This document shows, in pieces, positions 18,498 to 27,871 of a stretch of 45,250 nucleotides of DNA. Under the pieces are notes generated by a model. The model was not told the DNA's origin, ran no database searches, and saw nothing but the letters and a program-made list of their open reading frames with translations. Made by a program: the position numbers and the translations under genes. Numbering within the stretch: position 1 is the first letter of the stretch; every line of letters starts with the position of its first letter. This DNA is from Muribaculaceae bacterium (GTDB lineage: Bacteria; Bacteroidota; Bacteroidia; Bacteroidales; Muribaculaceae): NCBI GenBank assembly GCA_902836725.1, contig CADFRV010000001.1:1-45250 (forward strand). Direction: 5' to 3'.

Positions 18498-18654
18498 AGA
18501 AACAAGAAGTAAGAAGTAAGAGCATTAGAAGTCAAGCAAGAATAGATTTTTGTATCAGGGATCAGAGCCATCAGAGAAATCAGAGGAATCAGAGCCATCA
18601 GCAAAACTATTCTTGCTTGACTTCTAATGCTCTTACTTCTTGCTTCTTACTTCT
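18498..18654. repeat. Palindromic interspersed element, copy 2 (48-nt arms, 4 x 9-mer core)
   Basis: 18511-18545 is the exact reverse complement of 18607-18641 (35 nt), extending to 45/48. Core ATCAGAGCC ATCAGAGAA ATCAGAGGA ATCAGAGCC. Lies between convergent genes. Confidence 0.92.
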
Positions 18655-18665
18655 GAAATCTTTTT

Positions 18666-19667
18666 TTATCCAAGATTGCTGTTGAGCTTGCTCCACTGGT
18701 CGATGGGGGGCATGATGCCGAGGGAGATCACTTCGTCGCGGAGAGCGCAGAGGTGACGGTAGCTCTTGTCGAGGGCTTCCTCTTCGGCGGGTGTGCCTTT
18801 CACGGGCATCACTTTCACACCGTCCTTGGTGATGGTGGTTTCCATAGCCATCATGATGTGCTGGTAGCGGTCGTTGTTTACGTATACGCCTGCAGGCCAG
18901 CGGAACGGTTTGCCACCCATGGCGGCGCCGATCATCTCGATGCTGAGGTAGGCCGGGCTCTGGAATGAAGAGCGGCCGCGCAGGTCGATGATGTTCTTTC
19001 CACCCTGTACCACCTTGACCTTGATCTCCTCCCAGTCTTTTTCGGGGAGTTCCTCGGTGCCGATGATTTCGGTAAGAGGTTTGCCGTTCATCATTGTGGT
19101 GGAGGCGAAGACTGCCATCTGCTCGCCGTGACCGCCGTATGTGCGGCTGTTTACGATGTCGTCGGCGGGGATACCGAAGTATTTGGCAAGCTCGCTGCGC
19201 AGACGTGTGCTGTCAAGCGCTGCCAGAGTGGTAACCTGTGAAGGCTTCAGGCCGGAATAGAGCAGGGTTACCAGGCCGGTAATGTCGGCGGGGTTGAACA
19301 CTACCACGATATGGCAGACGTCGGGGCAGTATGCGCGTACATCCTTGCCGAACTGCTCGGCGATGGCGGCGTTGCCCTTGAGAAGATCCTCACGTGTCAT
19401 GCCTGCCTTACGGGCGGCGCCACCTGAGTTCACTATATATTTGGCGCCTGTGAGCGCTTCCTTTACGTCGGTTGTGTATGTGAGGTTAAGTCCCTCGAAA
19501 CCACAATGGCGGAGTTCTTCGGCCACACCCTCCAGGGCAGGGCCGTAGGGATCGTAGAGGCAGATATTGGGGGTAAGTCCCATCATAATGGCTGTCTGGG
19601 CCATGTTCGAGCCGATCATGCCGGCTGCACCCACGATCACAAGTTTGTCAGTTGTCAGATAGTTCAT
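18666..19667 (-). CDS. mdh: Malate dehydrogenase (LDH/MDH family)
   Basis: GAAGMIG Rossmann motif, RKAGMTREDLL (MDH-type Arg), NPAD, LDSTR, GGHGE. Confidence 0.92.
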   Translation of the reverse strand: MNYLTTDKLVIVGAAGMIGSNMAQTAIMMGLTPNICLYDPYGPALEGVAEELRHCGFEGLNLTYTTDVKEALTGAKYIVNSGGAARKAGMTREDLLKGNAAIAEQFGKDVRAYCPDVCHIVVVFNPADITGLVTLLYSGLKPSQVTTLAALDSTRLRSELAKYFGIPADDIVNSRTYGGHGEQMAVFASTTMMNGKPLTEIIGTEELPEKDWEEIKVKVVQGGKNIIDLRGRSSFQSPAYLSIEMIGAAMGGKPFRWPAGVYVNNDRYQHIMMAMETTITKDGVKVMPVKGTPAEEEALDKSYRHLCALRDEVISLGIMPPIDQWSKLNSNLG

Positions 19668-19814
19668 ATTGTTGATTTTAGGTAGGTAATATTGTCTTTT
19701 TCAGGGAAATGAGATAATATGCCGCAGTAAATTCATCGGCCGGTATTATTCGTTCTCTATATTTCTTGTCTGAGAATAACACCCGAAGAGGTTGGAAAGT
19801 TCTGTTATCAATGG

Positions 19815-19822
19815 TATATTTG
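19815..19822 (+). promoter_or_regulatory. -7 promoter element TATATTTG
   Basis: 21 nt upstream of ATG 19844, with GTTG 20 nt further upstream. Confidence 0.55.
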
Positions 19823-19843
19823 CAAAAAACTTAAAATACGATT

Positions 19844-20251
19844 ATGGAATTTCTGGATGTATGTTATATCTCCGTAATAATAGCCATGATGGTGTGGGTT
19901 GTCGTTACATTGGGGATAGATGTTTTTTCGAAAAAACGCCATGACAGCAAAGACGCACAGGGTGAGGGTGGTAAAAAACATATGAATGTCAGAAACGGTA
20001 TCGTCTATTGTGTGGCTCTGGCGATGATTGTATGGACCTTGATTTCGGAACATCCAGACAGCGGCGTCCCAAGGATTCTGGCTGTCGGTAATACTGTGTT
20101 CATCGCATTGATTTGCGGTATGCTCACGTATAAGAATTTTCGTGGGGCGGTCAGAAGTTTCAGGGACAATGATATAAAGGGAGTTCTGGTGAGCTTCATG
20201 CTATGTTTGACTGCTGTGGGGGCAGGTGTTTATTTTATAGCTGTCCGTTAG
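19844..20251 (+). CDS. Hypothetical 4-TM membrane protein
   Basis: 135-aa ORF with four hydrophobic segments, its own promoter and a downstream terminator. AT-richer than its neighbours. Confidence 0.7.
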   Translation: MEFLDVCYISVIIAMMVWVVVTLGIDVFSKKRHDSKDAQGEGGKKHMNVRNGIVYCVALAMIVWTLISEHPDSGVPRILAVGNTVFIALICGMLTYKNFRGAVRSFRDNDIKGVLVSFMLCLTAVGAGVYFIAVR

Positions 20252-20287
20252 GATTCGCAAACATACATATCCACTTCCCCATAATAT

Positions 20288-20331
20288 ACGACAGTGGGCT
20301 GCACACGATGCCGTGTGCAGCCCACTGTCGT
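20288..20331. terminator. Bidirectional terminator hairpin
   Basis: Perfect 20-bp stem ACGACAGTGGGCTGCACACG / CGTGTGCAGCCCACTGTCGT with a 4-nt loop, between convergent genes. Confidence 0.85.
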
Positions 20332-20343
20332 TTGTTTCAGGGT

Positions 20344-22245
20344 TTATTTGAGTTTGGTGTCGATGAGCTTTATTTTCTCTTCGATGGCGGCCAGATCGTC
20401 TTTGATGTGCTGGATGCGGCGTTCCATCTCGCGTACCATCGAGTCGCCTGACTTGCTCTTTGAGGTGAGGAAGCCGAGGTTGTTCTCGTAGGTTTTCAGC
20501 TCGTTGCGTTTGATCTCGTAGGAACGGAGCACCCGCTCGCGCTCGCGGTAGAGTTTGTTCTCGTCGGAACCCATCTCTTTGATCACATCCTCGAAGCGGC
20601 TCATGGATCCGCGTGCTTCGCGTCCACGGGCATAGAACACGTCGCATACCGAGCGGTATTCGTCGTAGAGCTTGTCTTTCTCGCGGAACGGCACATGGCC
20701 TATCTCCTGCCATTTTGCCTGCAGCTCTTTTACTTTCGGCATTGCCTCGGCACGGGGAGTGTCGGCGGGGATTGCCTTAAGCTCGGCGATTATGTCGCGT
20801 TTGGCCTTGAGGTTCGCCTGCTCTTCCGAGCGGTTGTCGCTGAGGTTTTTCTTGCGACGCTCGAAGAAGCTGTCGCATGCGGTCTGGAACCGTTTCCACA
20901 CGGCGTCGGAGTGTTTCTTCGCTACTGTGCCCACGGTTTTCCACTCTTTCTGGAGGGCTACCAGGGTGTCGGCGGTCTTCTTCCAGTCGGTGGAGTCCTT
21001 GAGTGCCTCGGCTTTCTCGCAGAGGGCTATTTTCTTGGCGAGGTTGGCGGCGAGCTCGTCTTTTACGGCGCGGTAATACTCGGCCTTCTCGGTGAAAAAT
21101 TTATCGCAGACGGCACGGAAGCGGGCAAACAGGGCGTTGTTCTGCTTGCGTGATGCGAATCCTATGGTTTTCCATTCCTCCTGTGCGGCGAGGATGGTCT
21201 TGGTCATCTCCTCCCAGGCGTTGAAGTTCTTGAGGGCGGAGAAGTCGAGTGCCTCCACTTTCTCGCAGAGTGCGGTCTTGGCGGCTTCGTTGGCGCTCTC
21301 GCGGGCTTTGCGCTCCTCGAAGAATGTCTGGTATTTCTTGTTGATCACGGCCGAGGCATCCTTGAAGCGGATCCAGATGCTTTCGCGTACTTCCTTGGCC
21401 ACTGGGCCGGCCTGGCGCCACTCGTCGTGGAGGTTCTGGAGGCGTTTGAAGGCGAGGATTATGTCTTCCTCGGCGTCGAGCTTCTCTGCTTCCTCGCAAA
21501 GAAGGGTCTTTATCTCGAGGTTCTTGCGGAAGTCGTAGTCGCGCAGGTCCTTGTTTACCTTGAGCTGGTCGTAGAACTGCTCCACGGCTCCCTGATATGA
21601 TTTCCACTGGTCTGTGGCTTCGGTTGCGGGAACTTCGCCTATGAGCTTGAACTCGGCCTGTATCTCCTTCACACGGGGATATGTGCGGTTCACGTTGTCG
21701 GTGTCGGTGGCGAGTGACAGGAGCTCGTCGATGAGTGCCTGCTTGCGCTCGTAGTTCTTGCGGCGTTCCTCCTCAAGGGCGGCGGCGATGGCAGCCTTGC
21801 GGTCCTTTACGGCGTTCATGAGTTCTTTGAAACGCTCTTCCGAGGGATCCACGGCGGGGACGAAAGCGGTCTCTTCATTGCCCTGGGCGATGAAGTCGGC
21901 GAGCTCGGCCTCGAGTTCTGCTTTTCTGAACGCGTAAAACTGCTGTTTGAGGCGCACGATCTCCTCGCGGGTGATCTCGGCGGTCTCTTCCGCCGCCAGT
22001 CGGGTCAGTGTCTCGAGCACCTCATCTTTCGATGCGGCGTCGGGCACGCGCGCGGGTGCAGCGCTTTCCTCAGCATCCTCTTCCGGGAGTGTCTCTTCCG
22101 CCTGTGGTGCCGCGGCATTGTCGGCGGGTGCATTGTCTTTCATCGCTTCTGAGGCGTTAGCGTCCTCCTCGGGAGCGGTAACAGGGTTAAGGTCTTGGCT
22201 TTCCGGCATTTTTTCAGGTGCGGCAGCCGTTTCACGCGTTTCCAT
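20344..22245 (-). CDS. DUF349 domain-containing helical repeat protein
   Basis: Repeated LQ.EWK.IG.V....SE.LW.RF....D.FF units and N...K..LCE.AE.L units, with an acidic disordered N-terminus. Confidence 0.9.
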   Translation of the reverse strand: METRETAAAPEKMPESQDLNPVTAPEEDANASEAMKDNAPADNAAAPQAEETLPEEDAEESAAPARVPDAASKDEVLETLTRLAAEETAEITREEIVRLKQQFYAFRKAELEAELADFIAQGNEETAFVPAVDPSEERFKELMNAVKDRKAAIAAALEEERRKNYERKQALIDELLSLATDTDNVNRTYPRVKEIQAEFKLIGEVPATEATDQWKSYQGAVEQFYDQLKVNKDLRDYDFRKNLEIKTLLCEEAEKLDAEEDIILAFKRLQNLHDEWRQAGPVAKEVRESIWIRFKDASAVINKKYQTFFEERKARESANEAAKTALCEKVEALDFSALKNFNAWEEMTKTILAAQEEWKTIGFASRKQNNALFARFRAVCDKFFTEKAEYYRAVKDELAANLAKKIALCEKAEALKDSTDWKKTADTLVALQKEWKTVGTVAKKHSDAVWKRFQTACDSFFERRKKNLSDNRSEEQANLKAKRDIIAELKAIPADTPRAEAMPKVKELQAKWQEIGHVPFREKDKLYDEYRSVCDVFYARGREARGSMSRFEDVIKEMGSDENKLYRERERVLRSYEIKRNELKTYENNLGFLTSKSKSGDSMVREMERRIQHIKDDLAAIEEKIKLIDTKLK

Positions 22246-22337
22246 AAAGATAGTTGAATGGTTAGGGAGTTAGGAGCACATGCCCCGACAGGGCGATGCT
22301 GTAACCGCGCTGCCGGAGGCCATTCTGAAATTTACGC

Positions 22338-22345
22338 CAAATATA
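22338..22345 (-). promoter_or_regulatory. -7 promoter element TATATTTG for the DUF349 gene
   Basis: CAAATATA on + in the divergent intergenic region. Confidence 0.5.
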
Positions 22346-22429
22346 AGAACAATAATTTGAAATTTACCTGATTCCGCGCAAAAAAATCAAATTTTCAGTC
22401 GTAGATCAACATTTTAGGCGGTTTATTTG

Positions 22430-22437
22430 TATCTTTG
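22430..22437 (+). promoter_or_regulatory. -7 promoter element TATCTTTG
   Basis: 44 nt upstream of ATG 22482, at the head of the plus-strand operon. Confidence 0.6.
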
Positions 22438-22481
22438 CAAGGAGGGCGTCCGTCAAAAAAGCGCGCCGAGACATACAGATC

Positions 22482-22946
22482 ATGGAACCGAACAAGTACA
22501 ATAATCCCAGACCTCCCTATCCTCCCCCTCCTCCGCCGGAAGAACCGCAGAATCGCTATTCAGGGCAGTCTCCTTACGGGGCGCCCTATCAGGATCCCCG
22601 TTTCCGGCAGCCTCTATATCAGGGGATGGATCCGAGGTATGGCTACGGGATGCCGCCGCAGGGCAGGCAATGGCAGGAACCATTGCCTCAGCGTGAGCAG
22701 ACCAACGGCATGGGTATCGCAGGCTTCGTGCTTTCGGCCATGGCCTTCCTGGGATGCGGGGTGGCGTATGTGAGCGGCCCGTTGTGGCTTCTGGGGCTTG
22801 TGTTCTCTATCATCGGCCTGAACCGCAAGCCACGCGGCCTTGCCATAGCCGGTCTGATAATATCCCTTGTAGGTATAGTGATAGGTATTGTCATACTGCT
22901 CCTGGGGGTGGCTTTAACCACAGGCGAGATGATGAAGTTTATATGA
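22482..22946 (+). CDS. DUF4190-like membrane protein with Pro/Gln/Tyr-rich N-terminus
   Basis: TNGMGIAGFVLS...LGLVFSIIGL...RGLAIAGLIIS pattern. Confidence 0.82.
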   Translation: MEPNKYNNPRPPYPPPPPPEEPQNRYSGQSPYGAPYQDPRFRQPLYQGMDPRYGYGMPPQGRQWQEPLPQREQTNGMGIAGFVLSAMAFLGCGVAYVSGPLWLLGLVFSIIGLNRKPRGLAIAGLIISLVGIVIGIVILLLGVALTTGEMMKFI

Positions 22947-22979
22947 GATATTACGTAACAGACTATTATATTTTGAGCT

Positions 22980-23432
22980 ATGAAAAAGTTTCTCAGTGAG
23001 TTCAAGGAATTTGCCATGAAGGGCAACGTTGTCGATATGGCTGTCGGCGTGGTAATCGGCGCCGCTTTCGGCAAGATCGTAAGTTCACTTGTGAACGACA
23101 TAATAATGCCGCTTGTGGGTGTGGCTACCGGGGGCATGAACTTCACCGACTATAAGTGGGTGATCCAGCAGGCGGTGATGGACGGCCAGGAGGTAATCAA
23201 ACCCGAGGTCTCCATGAACTGGGGAGCGTGGGTGCAGACCATTGTGGATTTCCTTATCGTGGCATTCTGTATCTTCGTGATGATCAAGTTTATCAACAAT
23301 ATGCGCAAACGCATGGAGAAACAGAAGGAAGAGGAGGTGGCTGCGGCCGCTGTAGCCGAGCCGACAAAGGAGGAGCAGCTTCTTACCGAGATCCGCGACC
23401 TTCTGAAGGCAAACCAGGACAAGAAACAGTAA
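22980..23432 (+). CDS. mscL: Large-conductance mechanosensitive channel
   Basis: [37 protein letters not shown] and C-terminal LLTEIRDLL. Confidence 0.98.
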   Translation: MKKFLSEFKEFAMKGNVVDMAVGVVIGAAFGKIVSSLVNDIIMPLVGVATGGMNFTDYKWVIQQAVMDGQEVIKPEVSMNWGAWVQTIVDFLIVAFCIFVMIKFINNMRKRMEKQKEEEVAAAAVAEPTKEEQLLTEIRDLLKANQDKKQ

Positions 23433-23438
23433 CAGGCC

Positions 23439-24005
23439 TTGAAACCGATATTCCTTATCGGCTTTATGGGCTCGGGAAAAACCACCCTCGGCGAGGCGCT
23501 CGGCCGCATCGCCGGGGATGTCTCGTCTTTTCTCCCCGCCGGATGCCGTTATGCCGATCTCGACCGCCACATAGAGGAGCGGGAGGGAATGAGCGTGCGT
23601 GAGATATTCCGGGTGCGTGGAGAGGAGGCTTTCCGGCGGCTCGAGGCCGAGGCACTCCGTGAACTGGGGAGTGGCGACGATATAATTGTGGGATGCGGCG
23701 GGGGCACTCCATGCCACAGCGGCAATATGGAGTGGATGAACACCCGCGGCCTGACGGTGCTTCTGGAAGCATCGCATGTGACACTTCTGCGGCGCTTGCT
23801 CGAGGCTCAGGAGCAGCGTCCCCTCCTGGCGGGTCTGTCGCCGGAGGAGCTTGCCGGTTTTATTTCCGCGAAACTTGACGAGCGCGCCCCGTGGTACGGG
23901 ATGGCGCGGATACGGTTCGGGTCGGACCGGCTTGAGTCGGCCGCGGAGATCGCGGATACGGTAGAGGCATTCGGGCGGATGCTGGAACAGGCAGGGCATC
24001 TCTGA
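23439..24005 (+). CDS. aroK: Shikimate kinase
   Basis: IFLIGFMGSGKTT, DLD, GEEAFR..E, GGG, RPLL, ER..WY. TTG start. Confidence 0.95.
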   Translation: MKPIFLIGFMGSGKTTLGEALGRIAGDVSSFLPAGCRYADLDRHIEEREGMSVREIFRVRGEEAFRRLEAEALRELGSGDDIIVGCGGGTPCHSGNMEWMNTRGLTVLLEASHVTLLRRLLEAQEQRPLLAGLSPEELAGFISAKLDERAPWYGMARIRFGSDRLESAAEIADTVEAFGRMLEQAGHL

Positions 24006-24028
24006 AATATTTTTTGATTAAAGAGCTT

Positions 24029-25282
24029 ATGACTATAGAGACGGATTATGGAAGGGTGCCGATGGAAGCGCCTGTGGAGACAGCTGTACCGAGGCGACGT
24101 GCCACGATAGGTTTGCCGAAATGTGTGAACAGGGCGGAAAAGCGTTTCCCGCTCACCCCGGAGGCTGTGGCGGCACTTACACGCAACGGTTTCAGGGTGC
24201 TTATAGAGGAGGGGGCAGCCGCTTCGATCCACTATAACGACAACGCATACATCAAGGCGGGCGGACGGCGTGCCTCGCGGCATGAGACCCTTCAGGCAGA
24301 CATCGTGATACATCTGGCTCCGCTGCCGGTGGACGATATCAAACAGTTGAGGCGCGGCGCCCTGCTGCTCAGTCTGGCCAATCTGTCACGCGGCAATGCC
24401 AGGGAGGTTATTGCCGAACTGCTGCACCGCCGCGTAATAAACATAGCCATAGACCTCATACGCGACGATGCCGGCAACCGGCCGTTCGGCGACATTATCT
24501 CGGAACTCGACGGGCGGAGTGCCATGACCCTTGCCGCCGCCATGCTCGCTGACCCGGTGAACGGCAAGGGGATACTGCTCGGCGGTATCGCCGGTGTGGT
24601 GCCCTGCGAGGTAACCATCATAGGGTCGTGTCTGGCCGCGTGTGCGGCCGCCCGCTCGGCTCTCGGCCTCGGGGCGGTGGTGAGGATGTTTGACGACGAT
24701 GTGTACAGGCTGCGCACTGCCTTGCGGCAGCTCGGCGGAGGGGTGATCGGCTCGTCTGTGCATCAGCATGCCCTGGAGAATGCCCTGCGGAGCGCCGATG
24801 TGATAATAATAACCGGAAAAGGGGGGCCGCTCCCGCTCGAAGGGAACATAGAGTGCATTCTCAAACGCAAAGCCCTCGTTTTCGACCTTTCATGCAATCC
24901 GGGCACGGCTTTCGCGGGGATGAGGCTTGTGGATCTCGGGGAGTTCGGCGATGAGGATGCGCGGCGTGCCACGTCGTTCGCACTGTTTAACGACGCCTGC
25001 TCCTTCGGGGAAGGGGGGCCGGCTGCCAATGTGCGCCGGCGTGCCTGTCTGGTAAATTCGGGAAGTGCCGTGCCGCGCACCACTGCCATGGCTCTTAGCG
25101 ATACGTTCATAACCCTGCTCAACCATATTTCCGACTGCGAGGGCACGGGGGCGATGCTTCCGCTTACTCCCGGTTTGCAGGAAGCCACACTAACGTTTAT
25201 GGGTAAGGCTGTGAACGAGGAGGTGGCTCATCTGGCGGGAGTGCGTCATACGGATATCCGCATATTGTTGTCTCTAAGCTGA
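24029..25282 (+). CDS. Alanine dehydrogenase/PNT-like protein with degenerate catalytic and NAD motifs
   Basis: IGLPK....EKRFPLTPEAV..L...G..VLIE.GA, SELDG, GKGILLGGIAGVVP, PRT..MALS. Start taken at ATG 24029 (ORF track 24014). Confidence 0.8.
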   Translation: MTIETDYGRVPMEAPVETAVPRRRATIGLPKCVNRAEKRFPLTPEAVAALTRNGFRVLIEEGAAASIHYNDNAYIKAGGRRASRHETLQADIVIHLAPLPVDDIKQLRRGALLLSLANLSRGNAREVIAELLHRRVINIAIDLIRDDAGNRPFGDIISELDGRSAMTLAAAMLADPVNGKGILLGGIAGVVPCEVTIIGSCLAACAAARSALGLGAVVRMFDDDVYRLRTALRQLGGGVIGSSVHQHALENALRSADVIIITGKGGPLPLEGNIECILKRKALVFDLSCNPGTAFAGMRLVDLGEFGDEDARRATSFALFNDACSFGEGGPAANVRRRACLVNSGSAVPRTTAMALSDTFITLLNHISDCEGTGAMLPLTPGLQEATLTFMGKAVNEEVAHLAGVRHTDIRILLSLS

Positions 25283-25293
25283 CAGGAAGAATA

Positions 25294-25950
25294 ATGGCGA
25301 CACGAAAGTTTTATGTGGTGTGGGTGGGACGTGAACCTGGAATATATGAGGACTGGGAGGATTGTCTGGCGCAGGTCGACGGTTTTCCCGGTGCGAAATA
25401 CAAGGCTTTTACCGACCAGACTGCCGCTACGATAGCTTTTCGGGGGGACGCGCAGGAGGAAGCTGCACTCATTGAGGAGATCGCCCGCTACAATGCCGAT
25501 ATGGCGCGTGAGCGGTGTGCTACGCTTCTGGATATTCCCGAGATCAATGCCGACGCCATCGCGGTGGACGGCGCATGTGCCGGTAATCCGGGCCCGATGG
25601 AGTATCAGGGGGTAAAGGTCGCGACGGGGGAGCGGCTGTTTCATCTGGGCCCGCTTGATGACGGCACCAACAATGTGGCGGAGTATCTGGCTCTTGTGCA
25701 CGCTCTGGCATATCTGTATCAGCGTGGCGACCGCACTACCCCTATCTATTCCGATTCGCGCACGGCGCGTTCATGGATACGCAACAAGGGGCACCGCTCG
25801 AAGCTGGAGCATACTCCCCGCAATGCACGTATTTTCGAGCTTCTGGAGCGTGCGGACAATTGGTTGCGCACACATACCATCGAGAACCCTATCCTCCGCT
25901 GGGATACAGACCGGTGGGGAGAGGTGCCGGCCGATTTCGGCAGGAAATGA
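25294..25950 (+). CDS. rnhA: Ribonuclease HI with N-terminal hybrid-binding (viroplasmin-like) domain
   Basis: KFYVVW.GR.PGIY..W..C..QV.GF.GA.YK.F, then AVDGACAGNPG, TNNVAEYLA, IYSDS, WGE.PADFGRK. Confidence 0.94.
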   Translation: MATRKFYVVWVGREPGIYEDWEDCLAQVDGFPGAKYKAFTDQTAATIAFRGDAQEEAALIEEIARYNADMARERCATLLDIPEINADAIAVDGACAGNPGPMEYQGVKVATGERLFHLGPLDDGTNNVAEYLALVHALAYLYQRGDRTTPIYSDSRTARSWIRNKGHRSKLEHTPRNARIFELLERADNWLRTHTIENPILRWDTDRWGEVPADFGRK

Positions 25951-25955
25951 AATTG

Positions 25956-26088
25956 AGAAGTAAGAAGCAAGAGCATTAGAAGTCAAGCAAGAATAGATTT
26001 TGTATCAGGTATCAGAGCCATCAGAGGTATCAGAGCCATCAGCAAAACTATTCTTGCTTGACTTCTAATGCTCTTGCTTCTTGCTTCT
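25956..26088. repeat. Palindromic interspersed element, copy 3 (41-nt arms, 3 x 9-mer core)
   Basis: 25956-25996 and 26048-26088 are reverse complements at 40/41. Core ATCAGAGCC ATCAGAGGT ATCAGAGCC. Lies between convergent rnhA and the PepSY-like gene. Confidence 0.92.
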
Positions 26089-26102
26089 GAAGGCTTTTTC
26101 TG

Positions 26103-26546
26103 TCAGTCGATGTCGGCGCCTTTGAAGGTGCCGATGTGGTCGTATTTGAGTTCGAGGCCGTCTGAGAGTTCGATCTTATAGCCGTATGCTTTCTTCTCGA
26201 TGGAGACGATCTGGGCGTCGGCGTAGTTCTTGCCCACATGGCGACGGATGGCTTTCGGAATCAGGTTCTCGGGGACGGCGCGGGTCTTGCAGTCGACAGA
26301 TGTCCATTTTCCGGCGTTGCTGAATTCGATTTTGGTGCCGTTTGTAAGCTTCACATCGTAGTCGGTCTTTTTGAGAAGATGTTTGTCGACTTTGATCATT
26401 GCGACTTTCGCTTTCGGGAAGTATTCGTCAAGCATCTGCTGTGCCGTCTGTGGCAGGGCGTCGCGCCGGATGGTGTATTTGTCGGCGTATGCCATTGTGA
26501 CACTTGAAATTGCGAGCACAAGTGCGGCGATGATTTTTCTTGTCAT
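26103..26546 (-). CDS. PepSY-like (DUF2874/BLIP-like) periplasmic protein
   Basis: Signal peptide and two repeats of LP..A......FP....YDVKL.NG.KIEF...G.W..VD. Confidence 0.88.
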   Translation of the reverse strand: MTRKIIAALVLAISSVTMAYADKYTIRRDALPQTAQQMLDEYFPKAKVAMIKVDKHLLKKTDYDVKLTNGTKIEFSNAGKWTSVDCKTRAVPENLIPKAIRRHVGKNYADAQIVSIEKKAYGYKIELSDGLELKYDHIGTFKGADID

Positions 26547-26599
26547 AGTTCAGTTCCTCCTGTAGTTAATAAGTTGGTTGTAGTTATAACACCTGTAAA

Positions 26600-26635
26600 A
26601 ACAAAAAAGCGCTCTTTGCAGAGCGCTTTTTTGTT
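26600..26635 (-). terminator. Rho-independent terminator after galM
   Basis: Perfect 16-bp inverted repeat AACAAAAAAGCGCTCT-ttgc-AGAGCGCTTTTTTGTT. Confidence 0.9.
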
Positions 26636-26659
26636 AATTTAAGTTGCTGTTATGTGGTG

Positions 26660-27832
26660 TTATTCAGCTGCTTCGGGTGTAACGGTGAAGCGGTATGTGC
26701 AGTGTCCGGTATATTTCTCGCCGGGACGGAGCACTACAGAGGGCCATTCGGGTTTGTTGGGGCTGTCGGGATAGTGCTGTGTCTCGAGGCAGATAGCGGA
26801 GCGCTGGGGATGTGTTACGCCTCCTTTGCCTGTTACTGTGCCGTCGAGGAAGTTGCCCGTGTAGACCTGTACACCGGGTTCGTCGGTGTAAACTTCCATG
26901 CGGATGCCGTTGGTGGTGTTCTCGAGTGTGGCCGCGCATGCTGTCATGTCGCCTTTGGTGTCAAGTACCCAGTTGTGGTCATATCCGTTGGCATTGTGGA
27001 TCTGCTCGTTGTCGGCGTTGATGTCTCTTCCGATGGTTTTGGGTGTGCGGAAGTCTAGAGGTGTGCCTTCTACTGTTGCGATCTCGCCGGAGGTCATGAA
27101 TGTGCTGTCGACGGGGGTATAGTTGGAGGCGTTGATCCAGAGCACATCGTCAACCACAGGCTTGCTGCCGTCGCCGGAGAGGTTGAAATATGAGTGGTTG
27201 GTCATATTTATGATTGTGGGTGCGTCGGTAGTGGCCTCGTATGCGATGTTGAGGGCGTTGTCGGCACCGAGGGTATATGTAACGGAAGCCACTACGTTGC
27301 CGGGGAATCCGTTGTCGCCGTCAGGTGAGTTGAGTGTGAGCACCAGTGTGGTGTCGTTGGGCTGGTCGGCCTGGAAGACGCGGTATTGCCATCCGCGTGT
27401 ACCCATGTCGCCGCCGCCATGGAGGCAGTGGCCGTAGTTGTTCTGGGGGAGCTGGTAGGTTTTGCCGTCGAGTTCGAAGCGGCCCTGGTTGATGCGGTTG
27501 GCATAGCGTCCGATTGTGGCGCCGAAGTCGGTGCCGTTGGTTTCGGGATAGTAAGCCTGTATGCTGTCGAAGCCGAGTACAACGTCGGTGAGTTTGCCTT
27601 CACGGTCGGGAACCATGAGTGTTACCACGCGGCCGCCGAAGTTGGTGATGCATGCTTCCATGCCGTTGGCGTTCTTGAGCACGAAGAGTGCGGTGGAGTC
27701 GCCGCGGTATTCGTCTACGAATTTCTGGGGATCGAGACCGGAGGCGGTAAGATTGCTGGTTTCAGTTTTGCCACCGGTGCAAGCCGACAGTGCCATCAAG
27801 GCACCTGCGGCGATTAGCAGATTGGTTTTCAT
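26660..27832 (-). CDS. galM: Aldose 1-epimerase (galactose mutarotase), lipoprotein
   Basis: Lipobox LSAC, GRYANRI, LHGG, NMTNHSYFNL, GYDHNW, QVYTGNFL, CLETQHYPDSPN. Confidence 0.95.
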   Translation of the reverse strand: MKTNLLIAAGALMALSACTGGKTETSNLTASGLDPQKFVDEYRGDSTALFVLKNANGMEACITNFGGRVVTLMVPDREGKLTDVVLGFDSIQAYYPETNGTDFGATIGRYANRINQGRFELDGKTYQLPQNNYGHCLHGGGDMGTRGWQYRVFQADQPNDTTLVLTLNSPDGDNGFPGNVVASVTYTLGADNALNIAYEATTDAPTIINMTNHSYFNLSGDGSKPVVDDVLWINASNYTPVDSTFMTSGEIATVEGTPLDFRTPKTIGRDINADNEQIHNANGYDHNWVLDTKGDMTACAATLENTTNGIRMEVYTDEPGVQVYTGNFLDGTVTGKGGVTHPQRSAICLETQHYPDSPNKPEWPSVVLRPGEKYTGHCTYRFTVTPEAAE

Positions 27833-27860
27833 GTGTATATTCTTGGATTGTTTTGTCCGG

Positions 27861-27868
27861 CAAAGATA
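27861..27868 (-). promoter_or_regulatory. -7 promoter element TATCTTTG for galM
   Basis: CAAAGATA on +, 28 nt upstream of ATG 27832 and immediately adjacent to the repeat arm. Confidence 0.55.
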
Positions 27869-27871
27869 GTA

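Noticed and set aside
13403..26088. Repeat elements as a CRISPR array
   Set aside because: Copies are kilobases apart. The internal units are 9-mers with 2-nt variation rather than 25-45 nt repeats with unique spacers, and no cas genes are present.
11801..26088. Retron-like system (long inverted repeats next to xseAB and rnhA, both host factors of msDNA maturation)
   Set aside because: No reverse transcriptase in the window, and the same element also lies beside unrelated genes (mdh, galM). The adjacency is best treated as coincidence unless a genome-wide search shows enrichment.
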